A stretch of DNA of 64,000 nucleotides from positions 224,001-288,000 of the forward strand of contig JASGJN010000021.1 in assembly GCA_049840735.1 (NCBI GenBank), given 5' to 3'. The stretch is from Anaeromyxobacter sp. Lineage in GTDB: Bacteria > Myxococcota > Myxococcia > Myxococcales > Anaeromyxobacteraceae. The position numbers were made by a program, and so were the translations under genes. The notes under the pieces are model-generated. The model did no database searches. It was not told where the DNA came from and worked only from the letters and a program-made list of their open reading frames with translations. This document shows positions 53,598 through 64,000 of the stretch, piece after piece; the first letter of the stretch is position 1; every line of letters starts with the position of its first letter.

Positions 53598-54332
53598 TCA
53601 CGCCCTGGGCGGCGGCGGCAGCCCGTGGATCTGGTGATAGGTGAGGCTCTGCGCCACCGCCTGCAGCGTCAGGATCCCCACGCCGGCCGCCTCCACCAGC
53701 AGCTGCAGCGCCGTCACGTCCAGCCCCGGCTCGTCGCCGATGGCGGCCAGCGGGTAGAGCAGGGCGATCCCCAGCGCAGGGACCAGCAGCGCCAGCGGCA
53801 GGAGCCGCCACCAGTGCGGCCGCGTCACCTGCACGCTGCGGACGAGCGCCTCGAAGCCGGTCAGCTCCGGCTCGGAGATCAGGGTGGGCACGGCCAGCCA
53901 GAGCAGGGTGAAGGCCAGCAGGCCGGGCACGATCAGCAGCAGCACGTGGGTGCGGAGGTAGGGCAGCAGCGCCACGCCGTAGGTGCAGAGCGTGACCAGC
54001 ACCAGCGACGGGAGCAGCGACCAGACCTGCCCCACCAGCTGCTTGCCCGAGGGGGTGACCCGGCCCTGCGCCCAGCGCAGCGCCGCGGCGCTGACCGTCC
54101 CCTGCACCACCGCCAGCGTCGGCACGCCCAGCACCAGCCCCACCAGCGCCGCCCAGGGGTCCACGCCGCCGTTGGCGGCCTCGAGCTGGTCCAGCACGCG
54201 CTCGGCGAACAGGTACGGCAGCATCAGGATGAGCGGGAAGAGCCAGCAGACCCGGCCGTTGCGGACCCAGAGCAAAATGCTGCGGCCCAGCACCTGCCCG
54301 ACCTGCGGGGCTGCGCCCGGGGTGGAAGCCAT
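53598..54332 (-). CDS. Hypothetical polytopic membrane protein
   Basis: About 6 TM segments; LISEPEL.GFEALVRS.QVTR.HWWRL segment resembles membrane-anchor-type families. Confidence 0.65.
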   Translation of the reverse strand: MASTPGAAPQVGQVLGRSILLWVRNGRVCWLFPLILMLPYLFAERVLDQLEAANGGVDPWAALVGLVLGVPTLAVVQGTVSAAALRWAQGRVTPSGKQLVGQVWSLLPSLVLVTLCTYGVALLPYLRTHVLLLIVPGLLAFTLLWLAVPTLISEPELTGFEALVRSVQVTRPHWWRLLPLALLVPALGIALLYPLAAIGDEPGLDVTALQLLVEAAGVGILTLQAVAQSLTYHQIHGLPPPPRA

Positions 54333-54468
54333 GTGCGGACCGGTGTCGGACACGCGGGGCGAAGCGTGCCACGCGGGACGCGCAGGGGGCAAGCGCGACC
54401 ACTGGGCCCACCTCACGCGGGCGTGAGGGGCTATGGTGCCCCGGGCCCTACACCCCCGGAGCCGGACC

Positions 54469-56127
54469 ATGCGTCTCGATCGCGCCTTCCCCGCAGCCTT
54501 GCTGGTCTTCGCCCTGGCGGGCTGCGCCGCCCACACCTCCGCGCCCGGGCCCGCCGCCGGCGCCGCCCCGCCCTCGGCAGGGGCTCCGGCCGGCTGGCAG
54601 CTGGACTGGGCCCGGGACGCCGTCTTCTACGAGGTGTTCGTCCGCAGCTTCTCCGACTCGAACGGCGACGGCGTCGGCGACCTCCAGGGGCTCATCGACA
54701 AGCTCGACTACCTGAACGACGGCGACCCCAGGACCACCACCGACCTGGGCGTCACCGCGCTCTGGCTCATGCCCATCTTCAAGTCGCCCAGCTACCACGG
54801 CTACGACGTCACCGACTACGAGACCATCCAGCGGGCCTACGGCACCAACGAGGACTTCGGCCGGCTCTGCCGCGAGGCGCACAGGCGCGGCATCAAGGTG
54901 ATCGTCGACCTGGTGATGAACCACACCTCCTGGCAGCACCCGTGGTTCATGGTCTCGGTGATGGGGCCGGCCACCGGCGACCCCTCGAAGCGCGACTGGT
55001 ACCTGTGGCGCAAGGACGATCCAGGCTGGCTGCGCCCCTGGCTCCCGTCCGCCACCTGGCACCACCTCAAGGGGACCGACGGCTACTACTACGGCCTCTT
55101 CTACGGCGGCATGCCCGACCTCGACTACCGCAACGCCGAGGTGCGGGAGGAGATGCGCTTCGTGAGCAAGCTCTGGCTCGACCGCGGCGTGGACGGGTTC
55201 CGCCTGGACGCCGCCCGTTACCTGATCGAGACGCCGGACGGGCAGGTGCAGGACACCGAGGAGACCCACGCCTACTGGCGCGAGTTCTCCGCCCACGTCC
55301 GCTCGATCAACCCCGGCGCGCTGCTGGTGGGCGAGAACTGGACCGACACCGCCACCATCGCCACCTACTACGGCGACACGGCCAAGGTCCCCGGGGGCGA
55401 CGAGCTCCCCATGAACTTCGACTTCCCCGTCTCCGACGCCATCCGCGGCGCGCTGAAGACCGGGGACGCCGGCGGGCTGGCCGCCCAGCTGCGGGCGAAC
55501 CAGGCCGCCTACCCCGCCGGCGCGATGAACGCGCCGTTCCTCACCAACCACGACCAGATCCGGATCGCCACGCAGCTGGGCGGCGACGCCGGCAAGCTGC
55601 GCACCGCCGCCGCGCTCCTGCTCACGCTCCCCGGCACGCCGTTCCTCTACTACGGCGAGGAGGTCGGGGTCCGCCAGCCCGACGCCGGCGACGACGAGTT
55701 CAAGCGCACCCCCATGCCCTGGGGCCCCACGCCGGTCACGGTGGGCTTCACCACCGGCAAGCCCTGGATGCGCCCGGTGAAGGGGTTCGAGAAGGCCAAC
55801 GTGAAGGTGCAGTCCGCCGACCCGGCCTCGCTGCTCTCCCGCTACCGGACCCTGATCCGCGTGCGCCAAGGCTCGGCCGCGCTCCGTCACGGCACGCTCC
55901 AGCTGCTCCCCTCGAGCGGCGGCCTGCTGGCGTACGTGCGGAAGAGCGGTAGCGAGGAGGTGCTGGTGGTGCACAACGTCGGCACCGCCGCCGCCGGGCT
56001 GGAGCTGCCGGTGAGCGGGAAGCCGGCGCCGCTGCTGGTGGACGCGGGCGTCGCGGCGACCGGCGGCGAGCGGATCCGGGTGGAGCTGCCGGGGCTGAGC
56101 ACAGGGGTGTGGACACTGAAGAGGTAG
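54469..56127 (+). CDS. GH13 alpha-amylase family lipoprotein
   Basis: Lipobox [39 protein letters not shown]. Confidence 0.92.
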   Translation: MRLDRAFPAALLVFALAGCAAHTSAPGPAAGAAPPSAGAPAGWQLDWARDAVFYEVFVRSFSDSNGDGVGDLQGLIDKLDYLNDGDPRTTTDLGVTALWLMPIFKSPSYHGYDVTDYETIQRAYGTNEDFGRLCREAHRRGIKVIVDLVMNHTSWQHPWFMVSVMGPATGDPSKRDWYLWRKDDPGWLRPWLPSATWHHLKGTDGYYYGLFYGGMPDLDYRNAEVREEMRFVSKLWLDRGVDGFRLDAARYLIETPDGQVQDTEETHAYWREFSAHVRSINPGALLVGENWTDTATIATYYGDTAKVPGGDELPMNFDFPVSDAIRGALKTGDAGGLAAQLRANQAAYPAGAMNAPFLTNHDQIRIATQLGGDAGKLRTAAALLLTLPGTPFLYYGEEVGVRQPDAGDDEFKRTPMPWGPTPVTVGFTTGKPWMRPVKGFEKANVKVQSADPASLLSRYRTLIRVRQGSAALRHGTLQLLPSSGGLLAYVRKSGSEEVLVVHNVGTAAAGLELPVSGKPAPLLVDAGVAATGGERIRVELPGLSTGVWTLKR

Positions 56128-56142
56128 CGCGCTCGCGCGGAT

Positions 56143-56230
56143 CCCCCGGTCGTGCTTCGACTCCGCGGGCCCTGCGGGCCCGCTACGCTCAGCATGACCG
56201 GGGTGGGGGCGGCAGGCTCAGGGCGAGCGG
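56143..56230 (+). repeat. Single repeat arm plus duplicated arm tail between the two GH13 genes
   Basis: CCGGTCGTGCTTCGACTCCGCGGGCCCTGCGGGCCCGCTACGCTCAGCATGACCGG followed by GCTCAGGGCGAGCGG. Confidence 0.85.
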
Positions 56231-56351
56231 ATTGCGCCGGCTCGAGCTCCCGGCGACCGGAGTGAACTCCCTGCGACCCCGTATCGCCCCTGCGTGAACC
56301 TGGCGCGCGGGCACGGGTGGGCTACCCTGTGCGCTCACCCTGGAGCCGCCC

Positions 56352-57995
56352 ATGCCCCGTCGCCTGGTCTCCCTGCTCGCCCTGCTGCTCGCCGCCGGCT
56401 GCGCCACCACCGGCACGCGCGGGGCCACCGCCTCGGGCCCCGCAAGCGCGGCCGGCGCGCTCGCGCCGAAGCCGGACCGCTGGCAGCACGACGAGGTGCG
56501 GGGGGCGGTCTTCTACCAGATCTTCATCCGCAGCTTCTCCGACTCGGACGGCGACGGCACCGGCGATCTCAAGGGGCTCATCGCCAGGCTCGACTACCTG
56601 AACGACGGCGACCCGAAGACCACCACCGACCTGGGCGTGGACGGGATCTGGCTCACGCCCATCTTCCACTCGTACAGCTACCACGGCTACGACACCGCCA
56701 GTTACGAGCTGATCGCCCGGGACCTGGGGCAGCTGGAGGACTTCGAGCGGCTCTGCGCCGAGGCCCACAAGCGCGGCATCAAGGTGGTGCTCGACTTGGT
56801 GCTCAACCACACCTCGTTCCTGCACCCCTGGTTCCTCGAGGCGCTCATCTCCAAGAACGAGGCGGACTGGCCGCACCACGACTGGTACGTCTGGCGGACC
56901 GACGATCCAGGCTGGGAGCAGCCCTTCGAGCCGCACAAGCGCACCTGGCGCAAGGTCCCGTCCGGCCTCTACTACTACACGCTCTTCTTCGGGATGCCCG
57001 ACCTCAACCTCCGCAACCCGGAGGTGCGCAAGGAGGCCAAGTACATCGCGAAGCTCTGGCTCGACCGCGGCGCCGACGGCTACCGGCTCGACGCCGCCAA
57101 GCACGCCATCGAGGGGCCCGACGGCGAGCAGCAGGACACGCCCGAGACGCACGCCTGGTGGAGGGAGTTCTCCGCCGACATCCGCGCCCACCGGCCCGAC
57201 GCGCTCCTCTTCGGCGAGAACTGGTCCGGCACAGACCAGATCGCGCCGTACTACGGCGACGTGACCAAGGTGGCCGGCGGCGACGAGCTGCCCGCCAGCT
57301 TCGACTTCCCGCTCTCCGAGCGGATCCTGGACGGCCTGCAGACCGGCAGCGCGCAGGGCGTCGCCGCCAAGCTCGACGAGATCGGCCGCGTCTACCCGCC
57401 CGGCGTGCTGGACGCGCCCTTCCTCACGAACCACGACCAGCTGCGCGTGGCCACCCAGCTCAAGGGGGACGCCGGCAAGCTGCGCACCGCCGCGGCCGTG
57501 CTGCTGACGCTGCCCGGCATCCCGTTCATCTACTACGGCGAGGAGCTCGGCCTGCGGCAGGTGCAGAACGGGGACGACGAGTTCAAGCGCACGCCCTTCC
57601 CCTGGGACGGCAGCGAGACCGGCGGCTTCACCACGGGCAAGCCCTGGTTCAAGTTCGCGCCCGGGAAGGACAAGGTGAACGTGGCCGCCGAGACCGGCGA
57701 CCCGGCCTCGCTCCTGTCCCGGTACCGGAACCTGATCCGGCTCCGTCACGGCTCGGACGCGCTCATGCGCGGCGAGCTGGCCGTGCTGCCCCCCAGCGGC
57801 GGCGTGCTGGCGTTCCTGCGTCGCTCCGGGAGGCAGACCGTGCTGGTGGTCCACAACCTGTCGGCCGCGCCCGGGACCGCCCAGGTGCTGTCCGACCGGA
57901 ACCTCACGCCGCTGCTCGTCGATCCGGGCGTCCGGCGCGACGGCGCGGGCGTGTCGCTCCCACCCCACAGCTCCGGTGTCTGGGAGGTCCGGTAG
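56352..57995 (+). CDS. GH13 alpha-amylase family lipoprotein (tandem paralog)
   Basis: Lipobox AAGC; FYQIFIRSFSDSDGDG.GD; DLVLNH; GYRLDA; GE; NHD. Confidence 0.92.
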   Translation: MPRRLVSLLALLLAAGCATTGTRGATASGPASAAGALAPKPDRWQHDEVRGAVFYQIFIRSFSDSDGDGTGDLKGLIARLDYLNDGDPKTTTDLGVDGIWLTPIFHSYSYHGYDTASYELIARDLGQLEDFERLCAEAHKRGIKVVLDLVLNHTSFLHPWFLEALISKNEADWPHHDWYVWRTDDPGWEQPFEPHKRTWRKVPSGLYYYTLFFGMPDLNLRNPEVRKEAKYIAKLWLDRGADGYRLDAAKHAIEGPDGEQQDTPETHAWWREFSADIRAHRPDALLFGENWSGTDQIAPYYGDVTKVAGGDELPASFDFPLSERILDGLQTGSAQGVAAKLDEIGRVYPPGVLDAPFLTNHDQLRVATQLKGDAGKLRTAAAVLLTLPGIPFIYYGEELGLRQVQNGDDEFKRTPFPWDGSETGGFTTGKPWFKFAPGKDKVNVAAETGDPASLLSRYRNLIRLRHGSDALMRGELAVLPPSGGVLAFLRRSGRQTVLVVHNLSAAPGTAQVLSDRNLTPLLVDPGVRRDGAGVSLPPHSSGVWEVR

Positions 57996-58130
57996 CCCAC
58001 CCTGCCGCGGGGGTCGGCCCCGCGGGTTGGCCCCACCCACAGGCGCACCTGGGACCCGGGCCGACCCGGCAGTTTCCGCAGTGGTTCCGGGGAGCCGGCC
58101 CTGGTACGCCCTTCGCTGGCAAGGCCGGCC

Positions 58131-59051
58131 GTGACCTCGCCCGCGCACCGCATGAACCAGGACCTCACGGACTCGCTGCGCTACGCGCTGGCGTCTCCCA
58201 CCTACCGCCCGCCCATGCTGCCCGGGGTGGCGCTGGAGGTGATGCAGCTCTCGCGCTCCACCGACGAGGTGGAGCTGGCGGACGTCGTCAACCTGCTGGA
58301 GCGCGACCCGGTGCTGGCCGCGCGGGTGCTGGGCATCGCGCAGTCCGCCGCCTACACGCGCCGCGGCAGCGTGACCTCGCTGCTCCAGGCGGCGGTGCGC
58401 CTCGGGCTGGAGACGCTGAGCCAGGTGGTGGTCCAGGCGGCGCTGGAGCTGAAGCTCTTCCGCGCCCCCGGCTACGAGAAGTTCGCCGTCCGCCTCAACC
58501 ACCACGCCACCGCCACCGCCCACGTCACCCGCGACGTCTGCAAGCGCGCCGGCCTGCCCGCCGAGCAGGGCTTCATGTGCGGCCTGCTCCACGACATCGG
58601 CTTCGCCGCCAGCCTCACCGTGGCCATCGAGCTGGGGGTCGAGCTGGGGGTGACCGACTTCGAGGACCTGGCCCCCTCGCTGGACGTGGTCCACGCCGAG
58701 GTCTCCGGGCTGCTCGCGCGCCGCTGGAAGCTGCCCGAGCCCATCGTGCAGGTGGTCTCCACGCACCACCACGCCGACGTGAACGGCGAGCCCCGCCCCA
58801 TGAACGCGGCGGTGATCCTGGCCGAGCAGTTCTGCTGGGAGGCCGGCGCCGGGATGCTGCCGCCCCCGGAGAAGGTGGATCTCGGCGCGCCGGGGTGCCC
58901 GCCCCAGCCCATGGACGGCCTGGACGCCAGCTGGCCCAACGTGATCCGCCAGGCGCTGGAGGTGCTGAAGCTGGACGCCGCCGGCGTCAAGGCGGCGCGC
59001 GCGGCGGCGTTCGAGCGGGTGGCCGAGGTGCTGCCCGGCGCGAAGCCCTGA
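58131..59051 (+). CDS. HDOD domain protein
   Basis: PMLPGVALEV, DPVLAARVL..A.S, A.VRLG, GLLHDIG, W.LP. Confidence 0.88.
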   Translation: MTSPAHRMNQDLTDSLRYALASPTYRPPMLPGVALEVMQLSRSTDEVELADVVNLLERDPVLAARVLGIAQSAAYTRRGSVTSLLQAAVRLGLETLSQVVVQAALELKLFRAPGYEKFAVRLNHHATATAHVTRDVCKRAGLPAEQGFMCGLLHDIGFAASLTVAIELGVELGVTDFEDLAPSLDVVHAEVSGLLARRWKLPEPIVQVVSTHHHADVNGEPRPMNAAVILAEQFCWEAGAGMLPPPEKVDLGAPGCPPQPMDGLDASWPNVIRQALEVLKLDAAGVKAARAAAFERVAEVLPGAKP

Positions 59052-59069
59052 CCGGCGCTGCGCGCGGGG

Positions 59070-59723
59070 TCAGGCCAGCTCGCGCCGCGCCTGCGCCGCG
59101 GCGGCGGCGATGGCGAAGGCCAGGGCGGACACCGCGGTGAGCGGCAGGCTCGCGCTGTGGAGGGCCGCCGACGCGAGCAGGACCAGGCCAGCCACCGTCA
59201 GCGCGAGGTCCGCGATCCTGGGGCGATCGGCCGGCAGGAGCAGCGCGCCGGCCGCAGCCACGATCGACAGGTCGCGGCCCATCGCGAGCGGGCCGGGCCG
59301 GGCCGGCGCCGGCAGCCTGGCCCAGGCCTCCGCCAGCACCGGCAGCCCCAGCAGCACCGCGCCTGCCGCGAGGGCGAGGACCGCGCCCGCGGCGGCGTCC
59401 TTCACCAGTCTGGCCTCCGGCCGGCGCTCGCGCGTGTGCAGGTCGACCAGCGCCTCCAGCGCGCTGTTGAGCGCCTCGCCGGCGATCACGAGGGCGACGG
59501 CCAGGATCACCCCCACGCGCCCCCAACCTGGCAACGGCAGCTCGGTGCCGGCCAGCCCCACCGTCACGCCGGCCAGCAGGTGGAGGCGCATGTTGCGCTC
59601 ACGCGCGGCGACGTGCACCAGGCCACGCCAGGCGTGGCCGAAGGAGGCGAGGAGGGGGGTGCGCCGCGCGAGCGAGGAGGCCTGCTCCGGCTCACGCGCC
59701 ATCAGCTGCGGGGGGACGTGCAT
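59070..59723 (-). CDS. Prokaryotic diacylglycerol/undecaprenol kinase family protein with extra TM segments
   Basis: SFGHAWRG..ERNMRLH, EALNSALEALVD, KDAAAGAVL. Confidence 0.8.
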   Translation of the reverse strand: MHVPPQLMAREPEQASSLARRTPLLASFGHAWRGLVHVAARERNMRLHLLAGVTVGLAGTELPLPGWGRVGVILAVALVIAGEALNSALEALVDLHTRERRPEARLVKDAAAGAVLALAAGAVLLGLPVLAEAWARLPAPARPGPLAMGRDLSIVAAAGALLLPADRPRIADLALTVAGLVLLASAALHSASLPLTAVSALAFAIAAAAAQARRELA

Positions 59724-60162
59724 CTGCTCCGTGCTCCTTCGCGCGCCTGGCCCCGTGCAGCCTGGACCGGCGGCCGGGATCAAAGGTCGCACAGACTCAT
59801 CGCGCACTCGGCTCCCACTTGCCATTCGAATACCAATGGGCGAAAAAGCGAGACAGGGGGAACGGCACTCCAGCACAGGCTCCGGGTAGGGCGCTCGCGC
59901 TGCGCCCGGTCGCCTCGTCGGCTGATCGGACTTCTGCGAGGCCACGGGCGGCCCGCGGGTCCGGCCGGTTCGCGAAGCGGGCAGGGCGGCTCGCGTCGGC
60001 GGGGCGTTGCGGGAGGGGACCCCGGGATCTTCAAGGTAGCTCGCGCACGTCGCGTTGCCGGGTGTGGCCGCTTCCCCCCCCCCAGGCCTGCCCGAGACGC
60101 GACGTGCGCGGGCGCTTCACCTCGCCTGGCGCGAGGTGCCTCCGCGCCACGCCGCGCCCGGC

Positions 60163-61179
60163 TCAGCGCAGCCCGTCCAGGAACCCCTTGACCGCCTTCC
60201 CGTAGGCCTCGGGGCAGTCCAGGTTCACGATGTGGCCGCAGCCGGGCAGCCCCACCAGCTGCGAGCCGGCGATGGCGCGGTGGCCGCTCTCGAAGACCGG
60301 GCGCGGGAAGCCGCCGTGCATGAACGGGTTGGGGATGAGGCGGTCCTGCTCGCCGAAGACGATCAGGGTGGGCGCGTTCACCTGCCCCAGGCTCTCGCGC
60401 ACGAAGTCGTTCTGCGACAGCTCCTGGACGCTGCGCACCTGGGCGTAGGCGTAGGGATCGAAGTCGGCCGCCTTGGCCAGCCGCACCCGCTCCTCCACCA
60501 TCCAGTACAGCTCCGGCCGGAAGTGCTGGAAGTTGGCCTGGCCGACCGTGCCCCAGATCCCGGACTCCGGCACGCTCTTCACCAGCGCGGTGGAGTAGAC
60601 CTGCTTGAACCAGGCCTTCTCGCGCGCCGTGAAGGTCTCGAAGCCGGCCGGCGAGGAGAGCACCAGCGCCCGCACCTCGTCCGGATGGCGGATGGCCCAT
60701 GAGAGCGCCGTCTGCCCGCCCATCGAGATCCCCACCACCACCGGCCGCTCGGCGCCCAGCCCGCGGGAGAGCTCGCGCGCCGCGTCGGCCATGGCCTCCA
60801 TGGTGTACGGGAAGGAAGCCGGCTTGTCCGACTTGCCGTAGCCGGGCAGGTCGAGCGCGATGACGTGCCAGCCGTCGGCGGCGAACGGCTCCAGCTGGTA
60901 CCACCAGAACTTGAGGTAGCTGCCCAGCCCGTGGATGAACACCAGCGTGCCCCTGGGCCCGCCACGGTTCAGCTCCACGTAGGCCACCCGGGGCGGCGAG
61001 GCCATGGCGTAGGCGCGGGCCGTCTCGGGCAGCTCGGCGTAGGCCACCGGCCAGGCCTGGCCGGTCGGGCCGACGTAGGGCAGGTCCTGGAACTCCAGCG
61101 GGCCGCGGGTCGAGTAGCGCGGGGCGCAGGCGGCCAGCAGCGCGGCCAGCAGCGTCAGCGTCAGGGTGCGCGTGGTCAT
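60163..61179 (-). CDS. Alpha/beta hydrolase lipoprotein
   Basis: Lipobox LAAC; HGLG; DLPGYGKS; GISMGG; CGH. Confidence 0.88.
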   Translation of the reverse strand: MTTRTLTLTLLAALLAACAPRYSTRGPLEFQDLPYVGPTGQAWPVAYAELPETARAYAMASPPRVAYVELNRGGPRGTLVFIHGLGSYLKFWWYQLEPFAADGWHVIALDLPGYGKSDKPASFPYTMEAMADAARELSRGLGAERPVVVGISMGGQTALSWAIRHPDEVRALVLSSPAGFETFTAREKAWFKQVYSTALVKSVPESGIWGTVGQANFQHFRPELYWMVEERVRLAKAADFDPYAYAQVRSVQELSQNDFVRESLGQVNAPTLIVFGEQDRLIPNPFMHGGFPRPVFESGHRAIAGSQLVGLPGCGHIVNLDCPEAYGKAVKGFLDGLR

Positions 61180-61189
61180 GGTGGGCTCC

Positions 61190-62824
61190 CTAGAACGCGT
61201 ACCAGGTGAAGGTGGTGTAGACCGCCCACGGGTCCTCCGTGACGCGGTCGTTGCCGTCGAACCAGTCGCCCTTGACCAGGTAGCCGCCGTGCAGGCCGAA
61301 GGTCATGAGGTAGCGGTAGGTGTACTTGAGCTCGGCGTTGACCTCGGTGCCCATGGTCTGGCCGCGCGACACGGTGGCGCCGGCCCAGGGCAGCGGCTTC
61401 GCCCAGGTGCGCGCGTAGCCGGCGCCGAGCTTGAGGTTCAGCTTGTTGGGGATGAGGTCGCGCGAGGCCGAGCCGAGCGCCGCCACCAGCCCGTAGCCCT
61501 GGTTGGAGAGATCGGTCACCGCGCCGCTGTAGTTGCCCACGGTGTTGGTGAAGGGCATGAGCAGCAGCATGCGGTGGTTGAAGAAGACCGCTCCCGGCAG
61601 GCCGTAGTAGTTGAGCGTGAAGGGGCCGGTGTACTTGCCGTCGGTCGGGTCGTCGTCGCCGTTGGAGGCCAGCGCCTCCAGCGTCACCACGTCGTTGACC
61701 GAGCGGCCGTAGTTCCAGAGCCCCTCCAGGTCGGCGCCGAAGCCCTGGACGTCCACCTTCTCGTTGAGCGCGGTGCCGGCCTTGTGCGACTCGTACTGGC
61801 CGGCGTTGAACATGAAGAAGCCGCTGGCGGCGAACCGGCCGGTGCGGAAGTCGATGTTGTGCTGGCCGTTCAGGCCGGCCCAGACCACCTGGCCGGTGGG
61901 GCGCTCGATTTGGAAGGGCTGCGTGCCGGTGAAGGCCGACAGGCCGCCCGAGGACGGGCCGGCGCGGACCAGCCCCTCGTAGGCGAAGGCGTCGCCCTTG
62001 GTGTCGTCGCGCAGGTACCAGAGCGAGGCGCCGAGCCAGGTCCCGGGGGCCAGCTCGCGGGCGTGGTCGAGCATGGCGATCCAGGTGAAGGCGATGCGCG
62101 GGTCGTTCTCCGAGGCCTTGTCCGGCTGCGCGCCGTCGAGCGGGTACCAGGCCAGGCGGCTCCGGCCGCCGCGCTGCGTGAAGGCCTCCACGCCGGTGGC
62201 GTCCGAGCCGGCGTAGGCCAGCTTGTAGCCGCTGCGCGTGATCTCGTCGAGCGAGGCGCGGGTGGGGTCGAGGACGTTGTCGTAGATGGCCTGGGTGCCC
62301 ACCAGGATCGTGAGCGCGTCCGGATCCTTCCACGGGTAGAAGGCGACGTTCACGTTCTTGGTCTGGATGTTGACCTGGTCGGCGTTGAGGCCGCCGCCCT
62401 CGTTCGGCTGGACGGTGTTGGCGGCCCGGCCCCAGACGTAGTCCACCTCGACCTGCGCCCGGAACGAGGCCCGGCCGTCCATGAAGTTGGGCGAGTACTC
62501 GACCACCGGGATCCAGCGCTGCTCCACGTAGGCGGCCGGGCCGGTCAGCCCGGCGTACACCATGCTCCCGGCCGGCATGCCGATGGGGCCGAGCGAGACG
62601 CCCTTGAGGCCGGACGGATCACCGATGGTGTTGGTGTAGCTCACCCGCGTGAAGAAGTAGTTGATGAGCCGGAACTGCTGGGGCTCGGCGTCCTTCTCGC
62701 GCGCGTGGCGGTCGTACCAGGTCGGGTAGTAGAGGCCCGGCATGGTCGGGGTCTGGCCGCGCGCCGGGGCGGCGCCGAGCGCGAGCGCGGCGAGGAGGAG
62801 GAGGGCGGGGACGCGGATCGCCAT
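61190..62824 (-). CDS. Putative outer-membrane beta-barrel protein
   Basis: Signal peptide; alternating aromatic beta-strand pattern; C-terminal ...TTFTWYAF. Confidence 0.65.
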   Translation of the reverse strand: MAIRVPALLLLAALALGAAPARGQTPTMPGLYYPTWYDRHAREKDAEPQQFRLINYFFTRVSYTNTIGDPSGLKGVSLGPIGMPAGSMVYAGLTGPAAYVEQRWIPVVEYSPNFMDGRASFRAQVEVDYVWGRAANTVQPNEGGGLNADQVNIQTKNVNVAFYPWKDPDALTILVGTQAIYDNVLDPTRASLDEITRSGYKLAYAGSDATGVEAFTQRGGRSRLAWYPLDGAQPDKASENDPRIAFTWIAMLDHARELAPGTWLGASLWYLRDDTKGDAFAYEGLVRAGPSSGGLSAFTGTQPFQIERPTGQVVWAGLNGQHNIDFRTGRFAASGFFMFNAGQYESHKAGTALNEKVDVQGFGADLEGLWNYGRSVNDVVTLEALASNGDDDPTDGKYTGPFTLNYYGLPGAVFFNHRMLLLMPFTNTVGNYSGAVTDLSNQGYGLVAALGSASRDLIPNKLNLKLGAGYARTWAKPLPWAGATVSRGQTMGTEVNAELKYTYRYLMTFGLHGGYLVKGDWFDGNDRVTEDPWAVYTTFTWYAF

Positions 62825-62890
62825 GGCGGGCCTCCGGCAGCTCAGGGGAGACGGGGTCGGGCGGACGCGCCGCCCGGCCCCGGGAGCAAG

Positions 62891-63501
62891 CTAGTTGGGC
62901 GTGGTGATGCGGTAGGTCTGGACGGCGTTGCCGGTGAAGGCGGCGGCGTTGAGCGTCACGGTCGCCTCACCCACCGCGCCGTCGGCGCAGCGGTGGCCGG
63001 TGGCCTGGCCGGAGAAGAAGAGCTCCAGCTCCAGCGTGTCGCCGTCGTCCAGGAAGCGGCCGCGCCCCTCCTGCGCGAAGCCGGTGTAGGTCACGGTGAC
63101 GTCGAAGCAGGTGGCGTTCCCGGCCACGTTCTCGATCAGCACGTTGGTGGAGGAGAAGGGCAGGGTGGCCACGCCGACGTGATTGCACTCGCCCTCCTCG
63201 CCCAGGCCCGGGGAGCCGAGCAGCGTGCCGATTCCTCGGAGCTGACGTTCCAGGTGGTGCCGCCGACGGTGATGACGGTGGACTCGTAGCACTGCGTGGC
63301 GGCGCCGTAGTTCACGTCCTCGTTGTAGCCGTTGGGATGAGACGGGAGGTCCACCCCGGTCATGGTCAGGACCTTGCCGTCCAGGTAGGTGGTGATCTTG
63401 TCGGCCGTGCCCAGGTCGGGCGCGGTGGGGCCGCTGTCATCGCTCCCGCCACAGGCGTTGAGGAACAGGGCAGAGCAGAGAAGCGCGAGGGTCTTCTTCA
63501 T
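62891..63501 (-). CDS. Hypothetical Cys-containing lipoprotein (apparent frameshift near 63232)
   Basis: Lipobox LNAC; AAAGGAG RBS; protein-like sequence continues in ORF 62891-63292. Confidence 0.7.
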
Positions 63502-64000
63502 GGTCAGCTCCTTTCGAGCGGCTGCGACGGAGCCGGGCCCTGGCCCGGCGGGACTGCGGAGGCGCGCCGCGCAGCCGCGAGCGTCTCCGGTGGAGGGCGG
63601 ACCTGGGCCGGATCACCAGGATGGCCAGCGTCAGGACCGCAGCGCCGGCGACCACGCCGGCGAGGGCGTGCGGCAGGGGGAGGCCGCCCTTCCAGAGGGC
63701 GGCCACCAGCGAGGGGGTGCCGGCGGCCAGCAGCGCGCCGGCGTGGTAGACCACGCCCACGCTGCGGGCGCGGATCTCCGGCGGGAAGAGCGCGGTGAGC
63801 AGGAGCGGGGTGACGCCGGAGATGCCCGCGCCGAAGGCGCCGGCCAGCAGCGCCCCCAGCCAGAGCCAGCCCGGCGCGGCCCCCACGTAGAGCGGCAGCA
63901 CCGGCAGCAGGAGCGCGATGGGGACCGCCAGCGCCACCACCACGCCCAGCCGGCTGGCGGCGAGGCCGCAGGCGATGGCGCCGGCCATCATGCCCAGGTT
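63437..64000 (-). CDS. MFS transporter, C-terminal part (truncated by window; 3' end uncertain)
   Basis: LFPPEIRARSVG..Y..G MFS motif; hydrophobic helices. Confidence 0.75.
   Translation of the reverse strand, partial: NLGMMAGAIACGLAASRLGVVVALAVPIALLLPVLPLYVGAAPGWLWLGALLAGAFGAGISGVTPLLLTALFPPEIRARSVGVVYHAGALLAAGTPSLVAALWKGGLPLPHALAGVVAGAAVLTLAILVIRPRSALHRRRSRLRGAPPQSRRARARLRRSRSKGADHEEDPRASLLCPVPQRLWRER

Noticed and set aside
58004..58027. GC hairpin after the second GH13 gene as an intrinsic terminator
   Set aside because: No U-tract follows the stem.

Overview
GC-rich bacterial chromosome window. The gene content (DUF4388 regulator, HDOD protein, ECF/ZAS pair, DUF4175-MoxR operon) suggests Myxococcota, possibly Anaeromyxobacter-like; this is inference. 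Left to right: (1) a Wzx/Wzy-type surface polysaccharide locus (1-20950) ending in rmlA-rmlC and an apparent rmlB-like relic; (2) an [FeFe]-hydrogenase operon with a 1149-aa GltD/NfnB-like-H-cluster fusion followed by hydG, aspA, hydF and hydE; (3) an ECF sigma/anti-sigma unit divergent from a DUF4175-peptidase/TPR-MoxR-DUF58-BatA-nagZ operon; (4) a liv-type ABC transporter, two GH13 lipoproteins and further envelope and signalling genes. The most striking signal is a family of structured palindromic repeats (core CTTCGACTYCG-[variable perfect hairpin]-CTACGCTCAGGNCGAACGG and its reverse complement) at 9 loci. About 17 arms are packed around a small stand-alone GIY-YIG nuclease gene that sits between moxR and DUF58. 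This resembles the REP/REPIN/BIME-RAYT layout, but with a GIY-YIG nuclease where the HUH transposase would be. Dispersed copies have grown internal tandem arrays (23, 30, 38 and about 42 bp periods), nest inside each other, and sit in frame inside hydF (about 95 codons) and at the start of hydE. Ten genes carry single frameshifts, mostly at or next to GATC, and these look like sequencing artefacts. No rRNA, tRNA, CRISPR array or classical transposase was seen.
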